From positions 30,876,001 to 30,940,000 of the forward strand of contig OY740812.1 of NCBI GenBank assembly GCA_963514005.1: a stretch of DNA of 64,000 nucleotides, in the 5' to 3' direction. The DNA comes from Raja brachyura. Taxonomy: Eukaryota. Both the position numbers and the translations under genes were made by a program. The notes under the pieces are model-generated. The model searched no databases, was not told the DNA's origin, and saw only the letters and a program-made list of their open reading frames with translations. Within the stretch, counting starts at the first letter, position 1. Every line of letters begins with the position of its first letter. This document shows positions 24,484 to 36,532 of this stretch, in pieces.

Positions 24484-24602
24484 AAACCACTGAAGTGAAC
24501 CAAAGGAAGACTGCGACCACAATGAAAGACATGTTGATTTTAACCCAGGGAATTCTGCTGATGCTCTGCCTCACTTTGCCGGGAATGTTGTTCTTTAACA
24601 AA
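24484..24602 (+). CDS. CD79B: CD79B coding exon 3, stalk + transmembrane (119 nt)
   Basis: Acceptor atgttcccttcag|, donor AAA|GTAAGT; encodes KTTEVNQRKTATTMKDMLILTQGILLMLCLTLPGMLFFNK, aligning to mammalian TLKDGIIMIQTLLIILFIIVPIFLLLDK with the Q-X10-P motif; same length and phases (1-0) as the human TM exon. Confidence 0.95.
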
Positions 24603-26069
24603 GTAAGTAGACAGCAATTTAGCCTTCCAACTACTTAACATTTCTCCTTCCTGTTCTATTCACTGCCTGGATCATTGAGATGGTACAGGTCCACCACCCA
24701 CTTTCCGGCACCTTTGTTCCCAGAGTCCCTCTGGATGATCAATTATGCGAGACCAATAGAGGTTACGGCCTCCGAGATGAGTTGCATGGTACCAGAATGG
24801 TCTGCCTGTACTGCCGGGGGGCCGAGATACTGACCCGCAAAGATGGCTAGGTCATAAGTTCATAAGGTCATAAGTGATAGGAGAAGAATTAGGCCATTTG
24901 ACCCAACAAGTCTACTCTGCCATTCAATCATGGCTGATCTAGCTCTCCCCCCTAACACCAATCTCCTGCCTGCTCCCCATTGCCCCGGCTATGGGAACGG
25001 ACCTGTTGGCTCCAGCCAGGCTGGAGGTCCAGAGCACCGGCCGCCGGGGACAAATTCAACCCGTAGATCGGCCGCTGAATTCCTGATGCATTAGACATGG
25101 ACCGCCTCACCCAGCCTAGCTGTCACATTCTCGTAGGGCCTTCTGGCGGGGGGGGGGGGGGGTTTCAAGGGCGCTCTCATAATTTTATCCGGATTAAAGG
25201 AGGTGCTGGAGCACCAGTTGCTGGAAAATTGGTGGTGGACCTGTATTTGGAAGTAAGATTTCAACTAAAGTTGAAAACAAATTATTGATAAGTGACGACC
25301 CATAGTTTTAATGAGTAGGGCCTTCTCGCCATTCACACCCAGTTATCTATAGCCAGCTAACTCATATTCGTAAGGAAGTAGAATTTCAATTGTTGCATGG
25401 AGTCTGTGCGAGGTCTTAGTGTAATCCCATCAAACTCAATCCACAATTTATTTCCTATTCACCTGCCCATCTACTCCTCTCTAGTCACAGGGAGAACGTG
25501 CAAACTCCACACACGGAGTACCTGAGGTCAGAGTTCAGTAGCAGATGTGCCGGGTGCAACTTGTCAGCAGGTTTAGGACTTCTGCATTCAGATGCAATGG
25601 TGGCAGAGAACCCAGCACCCTGGTATCTAGACAGTCACGTGCCAGTGTTCACTACAGAATTGACAGCTTTCCACAGCAATGATTGTCACAGATCCACACA
25701 TTGAGATCCTGAGATGCTTATCTAATATGTATCTAAGTGCTAATGTATAATGATACTTCTGTCATAGAGTGTGGAAACAGGCCCTTCAGCCCAACTTACC
25801 CACACCGGCCAACAAGTCCCAGCTACACGAGTCCCTGCGTTTATAGAGTCAAATACTTGTACTGAACTGTATAGAAAAATAAATTGCACTGTACCTTGGT
25901 ACATATGACAAATAAAGGAATAAACAAAAATGTACCATACCATTTAATATTGGAAGTATTCATCTTCTGCTCAAGTCCAACCAAAGCATTTATTTCAACT
26001 GTTGAAGGCCTGAACTTACAAATCAAAAAAGGACAAATAAGTTATGAAAATCATTCTTATTCTTTACAG

Positions 26070-26123
26070 AACAACCAGATAAAAAAGGATAATGACGAAT
26101 CTGAGGCTTACCATATGTATGAG
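26070..26123 (+). CDS. CD79B: CD79B coding exon 4, membrane-proximal tail and first ITAM Tyr (NNQIKKDNDESEAYHMYE)
   Basis: Acceptor cttattctttacag|, donor GAG|GTATGA, phase 0-0; ends in HxYE like mammalian EEDHTYE, with the YE|GL junction conserved. Confidence 0.92.
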
Positions 26124-26369
26124 GTATGAAACAAGGGGGGTATTTTATATCTCAGCAAAAATGTCGATTATATTCATATGAATGTTATTTATGCTATTAA
26201 AATCAGCATAAACATTTTTATCAGTTGCACAAAGCATGGTTCGTGGGTCAACCTGTGGATTTGGTTTTTAACCAGATCATTCTGTAGCAATCGCAGCCTG
26301 GCAACTGGAGGGTGGTTGGAATCTAGAACACACATTTAAGAAGTATCTCAATAAACATTTGAGTTGCAA

Positions 26370-27405
26370 ATGAATAGAAATGTACCTTCCACCATCACCC
26401 TCATCTTCCTTCCATGATGCCAATTTGCTATCCATTCAGCTATCTTTCCTTGCATCCCCTGCCAGAGCAGCTTACCATGTGGAACCTTGTTGAATGCCTT
26501 ACTGAAATCCATGTATACAACGTCTACTGCTCTGCCCTCATCAACCTTTTTGGTCACGTCTTAAAAATCACATTTGTGAGACACGACCTCCCACGTACAA
26601 AACCATGCTGACTATCCCTAATCAGCCCTTGCCCGTCCAAATGCCTGTATAACCTATCCCTCAGAATACTCTCTAGTAACTTACCAAATACAGATATTAA
26701 GCTCACCGGCCTATAGTTCCCAGCATTTTCCCTTTAGCCCTTCTTGAATAGAGGCACAACATTTGCCACTCTCCAGTCTTCCGGCACCTCTCCTGTATTT
26801 AAGGACGACTCATAAATTTCAACCAGGGCTCCCGGAATTTCCTCTCTAGTTTCCCACAATGTCCTCGGATATATCTGATCAGGCCCTGGAGATTTGTCTA
26901 CCTTCATACACGATAGTACCTTCAGTACTTCTTCCACGGTAACACTGACTGCTCTCAAGACACTACCATTGACTGCCCCAAGTTTCTACATCCTGCTGTC
27001 TTTCTCCTCAGTAAATACAGAGGAGAAATACTCATTGAGGACCTAGCCATCTCCTGTGGCTCCACACAGGAGAGGTGACCGCTTTGATTCCTGGGAGTTC
27101 CCACTCTCTCTCTAGTTACCCTATTTATAAAATATTTTGGGATTGTCCTTAATGCTACCCGCCAGAGCTATCTCCTGACTCCGGTTATCCCTTCTGATTT
27201 CCTTTTTCAGTTTACACCTTTGTTCCCGAAACTCCTCCAGGAATGCACTTGATCCCAGCTGCCTATACCTGTCCTATGCATCTTTGTTTTTGACCAATAC
27301 CTCAATTTCCCTCATCCTCCTTCCTTACGTTTGCCTGCTTTGCCCTTCACTCTAACAGGAACGTACTGTACATATCCTGAGCTTTTGTCAGCACACTTTT
27401 AAAAA
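26370..27405 (-). mobile_element. CR1 LINE internal fragment
   Basis: Minus ORFs 'VDKSPGPDQIYPR...VPEDWRVANVVPLFKKG' and 'VDVVYMDFSKAFNKVPH'. Confidence 0.88.
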
Positions 27406-28368
27406 CAACAAGTGTTAATATTTGACAAATTTTCAGAACCTTTAAGAAAATTGGGCAAAGCTGTGGGATGTGAAAAGTGACCCATCAACTTTGTCAAATA
27501 TGGGACAAACACAGGCAAATGGGAATATCCTACAAGGGGCATCTTGGTCATCCTGGATGAGTTGGGCCAGAGGGTCTGTTTCCATGCTGTGTGAATCTAT
27601 GACTCTATTTGATCCCTCTGCCTCTAGTCATCCTCAACCCTGATATAGAAAAACATTATTAGAAACGTAGAAACATCGAAAATGGGTGCAGGAGGAGGCC
27701 TTTTTGGCCCTTCAAGCCAGCACCGCCCATTTATTGCGATCATGGCTGATCGTCCCAAATCAATAACCCGTGCCTGCCTTCTCCCCATATCCCTTGATTC
27801 CACTAGCCCCTAGAGCTCTATCTAACTCTCTCTTAAATCCATCTAGTGATTTGGCCTCCACTGCCCTCTGTGGCAGGGAATTCCACAAATTCACAACTTT
27901 CTGGGTGAAAACGTTTTTTCTCACCTCCGTCTTAAATGGCCTCCCCTTATTCTAAGACTGTGGCCTCTAGTTCTGGACTCGCCCAACATTGGGAACATTG
28001 ATCTTTCATCATTGGTCAATGTGCTGGAACTCTTCACTTAATAATACTGTTGGAGATACTTCAGCTCACTGACTGTAGCTGTGCAGGAAGATGGCTCATC
28101 ATCCCATCCTCTTCCCAGCAATTGAGGATGAGCAATAAATGATAGTGGTGTAACCATATTCACATTCCATGCATGTACAGATAATATCAAAGTCTGTCCC
28201 TTATTGCATGAAGCATAATGGAACAGTAATGAAGCATGACTGTACTCATCATCATTGAAAACATTAGCGATGCTGTGGAGCTGGTTTCCGACGGGAATGG
28301 TGACGGACGCACCACAATCTCCGTCACTGCTGGAAGTAAAGCATTTTGTTGTTCAAATGTTCAAAGGT

Positions 28369-28990
28369 ATTTATTGGTCACGTACACCAATTGATGCAGT
28401 GAAATGTTTCTTGCCAATGCAGCACATTAAAAAAGCATACAGACATAACAATAATAAAGAGATTTTAAACACAAAAAACATCCCCCCACAATGGTTCCCA
28501 TTATGAGGGAAGGCACAACGTCCAGTCCCCACCCCATGTCCTCCCATAGTCAGGCCTATTGAGGCCTCCACAGTCGCCTTCACGGAGGCCCGAGTTCCAG
28601 GCCGTTCTCGCCGGGTGGTGGTGCCCCGGCGTCGGGAGAATCGTCTCAGTGGCTTGGGACACCCGGAACGGCCGCTTCCTTACCGGAGTCGCGCTGAATG
28701 GAGCTCCCCCACTGGCTCCCGATGTTGAAGTCAGCTGGCCGCTCCACAGACCCGCGGTTTCAGCTCAACGCAGCTCCAGCGCGGCGACCAAACAGAGCTC
28801 AGCCCTGCGATGGCGCTTCAGCGCTGCGCCGCTGCCAAAGCCGGGGTTCTGGGCGGTCTCCTCAAGAAATGCCGCTCCAGGCCTGCTGGTAGGCCGCGAG
28901 GACAGGTCGAAGATGCAGCCCGGAGAAAAGCTGCCTCTCCGACCAGGTAGGGACCAGGAAACGTAGTTTCCCCTTCTTTTTGGTCCTGCT
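28369..28990 (-). repeat. GC-rich unclassified non-autonomous retroposon-like repeat
   Basis: Abrupt CpG-rich block; minus strand ends in ...gtgtacgtgaccaataaa tail; similar architecture at 20627-20990 and 63368-64000. Confidence 0.5.
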
Positions 28991-29777
28991 GGGGGTCCAC
29001 AGCCCCCTCCTCACCTGGCAAACCAGGTGGGGGAGATGGTTTAGTCGCCGGCTATCCAACCATGGGGCGGGTAGCATGGGATTACATGGTACCCATGGCG
29101 GGGGGAACTCCCCGCGACCTGACCTGCAAGAGATCTAACATGTAAAGCTAGTTTTAAAGGGGATGTAAAACTCCAAACCTTTCACGGTTGTTTTTGAACA
29201 AAAGCTGGCCACCAACACAGGTGAAAGGTTGTATTGTTTAAACTACAGCCAATCAACAGAAGAACATTTCAGAATAACAATAAACACTTTATTGACCTGA
29301 CACTCTATAAATAAATTAGCCTCGTCTTAAAGAGATACAGGTTCATTACATTTCATTTCATTGTACCAACAGAACAATCCATCAAGTACTGCACAAGTAT
29401 AATATACATGTCCATATAAAATGGGAAGAATATCAGTTATAATTAGTTAATTAATATAGTTATAATTTATTTGGTTGTCCTTATAAGACAGCATAAATAT
29501 CGGGAAATACCTAACTATCATTTGTGATGCACCTGTATTTTCTGCACATTAACTGATTCAAGATTTACCAATTATGTAAACATTATGTCATAATGCTGGA
29601 TAATGTAAATACTGGTGTGAATTACATCACTAAAGCATTGATGGAGTCATAGCTCTGCAAAACTAAGAGCTGATTTTTCACAGGGATAGCACACACAGAA
29701 GGCACTGATTAGGAACTGGTAGGCTTGGTGTGCTGAGTTCCTGTCAGTTAAAAAAAGACCAGTTGAAAAGTCAGAAG

Positions 29778-31682
29778 ACAGACAGGAAATGCTGGAGTGA
29801 CTCAGCGGGTCAGGCAGCATCTCTGGTAAAAAAGTGACGTTTTGGGTCGAGACCCTTCTTCAGACTGAGAGTCAAGGGAGTGGGAAACTAGAGGTATGAA
29901 AAGGTTCAGAACTGACACCAATGACCAAGGAAAAGTGGAGCCCACCATGGTCCATTGATGGCTGTGGAAGAGGTGATAATAGAGGGATATATGGATGCAA
30001 ACGCTGGATGATTAAGGTGGGGGAGGGGCAGAGAGAGATGGAATTTAGGGGCTACATGAAATTAGAGAAATTAATATTCATACTGCTGGGTTTTAAGCTG
30101 CCCAAGATAAATATGTAGTACTGTTCTTCCAGTTTGAATGTGTCCTCACTCTGACAGTGGAGGAGACCCAAGACAGAAAGGTCAGTATGGGAATGGGAAG
30201 GGGAGTTAAAATGCTTGGCAACTGGGAGATCACATAGGCCGAGGTGGACTGAGCGAAGGTGTTCAGCGAAACATTTGATTTGTCTGCACTTGTTCTCACC
30301 GTCCTATAGGAGTCCACACCGAGAATAACGGATGCAGTAGATGAGGTTGGAGGAGGTGCAAATGAACCTCTGCCTCTCCTGATAGGACTGCTGGGGTCCC
30401 TGGATGGAGTTGAGGCAGGAGATATAGGGACAAGTGTTGCATCTCCGGCAGTTCCAGGAGGGTACATGGGAGAGGGTGGTTTGGGGGGAAGGGATGTGTT
30501 AACCAGGGAGTTAACCAGGGAGCGGTCACAGCAGAAAGGGGAATGGCTTGGAAATGGGAAGATGTGACACTCTTGTGGTGAGATCCCGTTGGAGGTGACA
30601 AAAGTGTCAGAGGATTATGTGTTGTGTATGACGTCTGATGGGGTGAAAGGTAAGGACTACGAGGGACCCTGTCCGTGTTGCGACTAGGGGATGGGGGGAC
30701 AAGGGCGGAACTGCCAGGGCACCAAGAAGACCAATGTGAGGGCCTCATCTGTAATAGAAAAGGGGAACACACATTCCCTAAAAATGAGGACATCTCGGAT
30801 GTCTTGGTATGGAACTCACCTTGGGCATGGAATTAGAAGTAGGGTATCTAGGCAGGCATAACTAGGCTCATGCAGGTGCTCATAGCTACTTCTTGATTTG
30901 GAGGAAGTGGGAGGAGTAGAAGGAGAAGTTGTTAAGAGTGAGACACAAAATGCTGGTGTAACTGAGACAGGCAGCATCTCTAGAGAGAAGGAATGGTTGA
31001 CTTTCTGGTTCGGGACCCTTCTTCAGACCCCCGACTCTACGACCACGTCTTAACCCAGACCCGTTAAACTTTCTCTCCAGAGATTCTGCCTGTCCCGCTG
31101 AGTTACTCCAGCATTTCGTGTCTACCTTCAATTTAAACCAGCATCTGCAGTTCTTTCCTGCACATTTTGTTATGGGTAGGGGTGCCAACTGTCCCGTATT
31201 AGCCGGGACATCTGTACATTGGGCTAAATTGGTTTGTCCCATACGTTGGCAACCCTAGTTGGCAACCCAAGTTACGAGTGAGGACCAACTCCGCTGGATG
31301 GAGGACAGTGTTCATAGAGGGAAAATGGTGGGCTCTGCTGTCGAAGAAGAACCAGAGGGTTTTTGGGCCCTCCTGGTGGGGGATGGACGTGTAGTGACTG
31401 AATGTCCTTAATAAAGATGAGGGAGTGGGGGCCTGGAAAACGGACGTCATTAAAAATACAAAGGGCGTGTGAAGTGTCTTGGACATAGATCTGGAGGGAT
31501 TGGACCAGGGGAATAGGATGTTGAGGTATGTGGAAATCATTTCAGTGTGACAGGGGCAGGCAGAAACAATGGGTCTGCCAGCGCAGTTCTATTTATGGGT
31601 TTTGGGGAGAAGGTAAAACTGGGCCATGCGGGCTGCGAAACGATAAAGTTGGAGGCAGTGGAGGGCAGACAGCCAGAAGTCA
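29778..31682 (-). mobile_element. Degenerate Penelope-like element (RT + GIY-YIG remnants), interrupted by an insertion at 30943-31270
   Basis: Reverse-complement similarity to the element at 51983-53543; hammerhead-type end at ~29834-29866; insertion flanked by GTTAAGAGTGAG / GTTACGAGTGAG. Confidence 0.82.
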
Positions 31683-31683
31683 T

Positions 31684-33578
31684 ATAGAAACATAGAAACA
31701 TAGAAATTAGGTGCAGGAGTAGGCCATTCGGCCCTTTGAGCCTGCACCGCCATTCAATATGATCATGGCTGATCATCCAACTCAGTATCCCGTACCTGCC
31801 TTCTCTCCATACCCTCTGATCCCCTTAGCCACAAGGGCCACATCTAACTCCCTCTTAAATATAGCCAATGAACTGGCCTGAACTACCCTCTGTGGCAGAG
31901 AGTTCCAGAGACCCACCATTCTATGTGTAAAAAAAGTCCTTCTCATCTCGGTCCTAAAGGGTTTCCCCCTTATCCTTAAGCTGTGACCCCTTGTCCTGGA
32001 CCTCCCCAACATCGGGAACAATCTTCCTGCATCTAGCCTGCCCAACCCCTTAAGAATTTTGTACGTTTCTATAAGATCCCCTCTCAATCTCCTAAATTCT
32101 AGAGAGTATAAACCGAGTCTATGCAGTCTTTGTTCATAAGACAGTCCTGACATCCCAGGAATCAGTCTGGTGAACCTTCTCTGCACTCCCTCTATGGCAA
32201 TAATGTCCTTCCTCAGATTTGGAGACTAGAACTGTACGCAATACTCCAGGTGTGGTCTCACCAAGACCCTATAAAACTGAAGTAGAACCTCCCTGCTCCT
32301 ATACTCAAATCCTTTTGCTATGAAAGCTAACATACCATTCGCTTTCTTCACTGCCTGCTGCACCTGCATGCCCACTTTCAATGACTGGTGTACCATGACA
32401 CCCAGGTCGCGCTGCATCTCCCCTTTTCCTAATCGGCCACCATTTAGATAATAGTCTGCTTTCCTATTTTTGCCACCAAAGTGGATAACCTCACATTTAT
32501 CCACATTATACTGCATCTGCCAAACATTTGCCCACTCACCCAGCCTATCCAAGTCACCTTGCAGTCTCCTAGCATCCTCCTCACAGCTAACACTGCCCCC
32601 CAGCTTAGTGTCATCCGCAAACTTGGAGATATTGCCTTCAATTCCCTCATCCAGATCATTAATGTATATTGTAAATAGCTGGGGTCCCAGCACTGAGCCT
32701 TGCGGTACCCTACTAGTCACTGCCTGCCATTGTGAAAACCACCCGTTTACTCCTACTCTTTGCTTCCTGTTTGCCAGCCAGTTCTCTATCCACATCAATA
32801 CTGAACCCCCAATGCCGTATGCTTTAAGTTTATATACTAATCTCTTATGTGAGACCTTGTCTAAAGCCTTCTGGAAGTCCAGATACACCACATCCACTGG
32901 TTCTCCCCTATCCACTCTACTAGTTACATCCTCGAAAAATTCCACAAGATTCGTCAGACATGATTTACTTTTCGTAAATCCATGCTGACTTTGTCCAATG
33001 ATTTCACCACTTTCCAAATGTGCTGCTATTCCATCTTTAATAACTGACTCTAGCAGTTTCCCCACTACCGATATTAGACTAACTGGTCTGTAATTCCCCG
33101 TTTTCTCTCTCCCCCCCCTTCTTAAAAAGAGGGGTTATGTTTGCTACCCGCCAATCCTCAGGAACTACTCCAGAATCTGAAGAGTTTTGAAAGATTATCA
33201 CTAATGCATCCACTATTTCCGGAGCTACTTCCTTAAGTACTCTGGGATGCAGCCTATCTGGCCCTGGGGATTTATCGGCCTTTAATCCATTCAATTTACC
33301 CAACACCACTTCCCGACTAACCTGGATTTCACTCAAGTCCTCCTTTGACCCGCGGTCCCCTGCTATTTCCGGCAGATTATTTATGTCTTCCTTAGTGAAG
33401 ACGGAACCAAAGTTGTTATTCAATTGGTCCGCCATATCCTTGTTCCCCATGATCAACTCACCTGTTTCTGACTGCAAGGGACCTACATTTGTTTTAACTA
33501 ATCTCTATCTCTTCACATGTCTATAAAAACTTTTGCAGTCAGTTTTTATGTTCCCTGCCAGTTTTCTTTCATAATCTA
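31684..33578 (-). mobile_element. CR1 (HER1-like) LINE, 5'-truncated, RT domain
   Basis: ORFs 33079-33477, 32226-33065 ('QHGFTKSKSCLTNL', 'VYLDFQKALDKVSH', 'VPQGSVLGPQLF', 'KFADDTKL'), 31782-32186; (TCTATGTT)n tail at 31684-31703. Confidence 0.95.
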
Positions 33579-33822
33579 ATGTAATCAGAGATTGTACCCA
33601 GGTGCTCATCAGTGGGGTCATGGTCCAAGGATATGTAGGAGAAGGTGTTCGAGAGCTGGTGCCTGGTCTCAATGCGGTAGAGGTCAGCGCATCAGACTAC
33701 CACCGCACCTCCCGAGTCGGCTGTATGTTTGGAGGTGGTGAGGTGAGAGTAGGTAAGGGGAGTGGAAATGTTAAGATGATTAAAAGGCAGTAGCTGTTAG
33801 TTGGCAATGTCTCATGCACAGA

Positions 33823-34110
33823 CGGCCACAGTGGCACAGTTGGTGGAGCTGTTGCCCACAGTGCCAGAGATCCGTGCTCGATCCTGGCCTCGGGTGCTTT
33901 CTGGGTGGAGTTTTCCCGTTCTCCCTGCGACTGCATGGGTGCTCAGGTGCTCTTCTTTCCTCCCATATCCCAAAGACGTAAGGGTTTGGAGATTAATTGG
34001 TCGTGCAAATTGCACCTAGTGTGTAGGGAGTGGATGTGAAAGTGGGATGATGTAACTAGTGTGAACAGGTGATCGAAGGCATGGATGATGGCCTGTTTCA
34101 ATACTGTTTC
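33823..34110 (+). mobile_element. tRNA-derived SINE (HE1-like)
   Basis: cggccacagtggcacagttggtggagctg head; same body as 5108-5390. Confidence 0.8.
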
Positions 34111-34935
34111 TTTGAACTCTACACAGCTCTCTGTGAGCTCCACCCCCAACCATGAGCATCTGACTGAGATTATTAAAAATATTGATTAAAACACTTTCAA
34201 ACCTGGCTTTCTCAGCATGTTAAATATACAAATATATTTGGCACAGTTCTCAGTTGTGCTCTATATGTTTGCATCACATTTCTTCCTTCCATTGAAAGGG
34301 GAATATCTGCACATAAATAGTATAGGAGTCAATTTTAGTGCAAGAGCCTTAATTCCTCACAACAGGGAACATTTGCTCTGTACTATCCTGTTTGGCATAG
34401 ACATTGTGAGCCGAAGAGCCTGTTCCTGTGCTGAACGGTTCTATGTTCTTTAATTTTACGGATTATACATGCTCATATGGTTTATACTTGGTTCTTGGTA
34501 GATTTGATTTACTTCAGCATTTGGTAGAAGGGGTTTTTTAAATCTTCAGAATTTAATTATAGCTATGTATGCGTGTCCACTGGGACTGGGATTGAGACTG
34601 TTTAACTTTGGTTAACAGACAGTAATTGTAACTCTTTAGTTATGAGTAGAGGTATCTTGACACTGTGTCTGAACTTAGTTTTGTAATAAGATTGACATTA
34701 ATGCATGAAGTGTACAGAAGATAGAACAGTACAGCACAGCAACAGGCCCTTCAGCCCACAATGTCCATGACGAACAAGATGCTATGATAAACTTATACTA
34801 TCTGCATGCACGTGACCGATTCCCTCATTTCCCTATAATGCCGAATCATTTTAAGTTGCATGAATAAAGTTGCATGTTTGGAGTGGGATCAGAAATATGA
34901 TTTATTTTTTTTAATGGTGTTTTGTTTTGGTCTAG

Positions 34936-35031
34936 GGTTTGGAAGTTATGCAGACGGCCATGTACGAGGACATTGGCAACATGAGACAAACGGAAGACAA
35001 ATGTTCCACTGCTGAGCAGCCCAACGAGTAA
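34936..35031 (+). CDS. CD79B: CD79B last coding exon, ITAM C-half and stop (GLEVMQTAMYEDIGNMRQTEDKCSTAEQPNE*)
   Basis: Acceptor ttttgttttggtctag|; aligns to mammalian GLDIDQTATYEDIVTLRTGEVKWSVGEHPGQE; TAA at 35029-35031. Confidence 0.95.
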   Translation, partial: GLEVMQTAMYEDIGNMRQTEDKCSTAEQPNE

Positions 35032-36345
35032 CGCGCAATCACATCATGAAGGCACAATGATGTTCCCCTGAACAATGTGATAGCAAAAATAACCTGTTGA
35101 AAATTATATTATTGGTACCGGAAAGAACGCAAGCATATAAAATGTGGTTGAGGGATTGATGGCAGAAGTGAATGTGCTTCCCAACTGATCCTGAGGCGGT
35201 AAATAAACAGCGCAATCACAAATTGGAATGCCAGCCTTAACACTTGGCAAAGGATCTGTAGACCATTTCCTGCCCATCCATTGTTTCATGAAATCTGCAC
35301 AGGTTTCATTCTTCAACAATGGGAGGCCTCGTGTAAAAGGGAATTGACAGCACGATAAAATGGCTATTAGATTAGATATATTTTTCTGATGGTGCTAATT
35401 GCTAATTGATAGAAAATTACTCTGCACAATTTAATAAAGGATTATAGAAATGGATATATTTTATGAAAGAAATGTAAACTGTCAGTGTTATATATAAATA
35501 ATAGATTGTCTCAAAATATATATATATTATCTGATTTATAATTCATGCATAACTAGGCCAAAATAATGAAGGATGTACACCTTTAGTGAAAAAATGCACA
35601 GAAATATTTTTATTTTGTGTCGCAAAACACAAGATGGTTCATTACATTAAGTTTCATTTGTGTCAACAAGATTGTTTATAAAATGAACAATTATCATCTT
35701 ACTTTAGGGATCCAAAGAGGAGATAATTAATTCATTTGTCTTAATCTAATGCAGACAAAAATATACAATAGTTTAGTGCACGCGTTAAATGGCGAAGGTG
35801 AAACCACAAACCTGTCGGTGATATTTGACTGGGTATGCAACGTCATCTCAATCCCAACATGACATGGCATTCATAAACTACACTCAAAGCAAAGTGCAGT
35901 CTACATGACGTCTAGGTGGATCCATTTTAAAGTGAAGAAAGTAAAGTGATATATTCTTTTTTTGGTCATTTACTGAGTTTTCCATTGTTTTACCTCAACT
36001 TCCACCATGGTATACAGTTTTTACTAATTAAATCAAATGATTTAACCAAAGGTGGCACCATGCTTAATTAGTTTAACAGTATTGGAATTCATTTCAAGTT
36101 ATTTTAAGCAAATTTTCTACCTTGTATATATTTTGTAAATAGATGTAGGAATGTATTGCTGTCATTATGGATAATGTATTAATTTGCAAATATATTTGTC
36201 TCAACTTGCAGTGAATGCTATTTTTTAGGCATCTCTATGCTGTAGATAAGGAAAGGTTGTGCAGTTTGTTGGCTTTTCTTATATTTGATAATTTAGTTGC
36301 TTTTGACTTTTTTGAAATAAAGCATACTTCTATTGTCACGCTAGG
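35032..36345 (+). other. CD79B: Probable CD79B 3' UTR with candidate poly(A) signal AATAAA at 36316-36321 (earlier AATAAA near 35202 and 35433)
   Basis: Repeat-free AT-rich stretch after the stop; distal AATAAA followed by GT/T-rich sequence. The end position is inferred. Confidence 0.5.
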
Positions 36346-36532
36346 ATTAAAGATTGTTTTGTGAATCATTGTTTCCTTTCGACTAACATCCACAAATCAT
36401 GCAGCCCACAAAAAGACTGAGCATAGATTGCCAGGTCTATCCACCACATCTATTCATTAGATGGTCCAACATTCACTGTTCACCCATCTCATGTAATTTA
36501 GTTTCTTCTTTACAGTCTAATTATAAGATATT

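Noticed and set aside
28255-29077. Overlapping ORFs and CpG-island-like block as a gene or promoter (likewise 63393-63858)
   Set aside because: Low-complexity Pro/Arg/Ala frames on both strands, and a retroposon-type AATAAA tail bounds the block.
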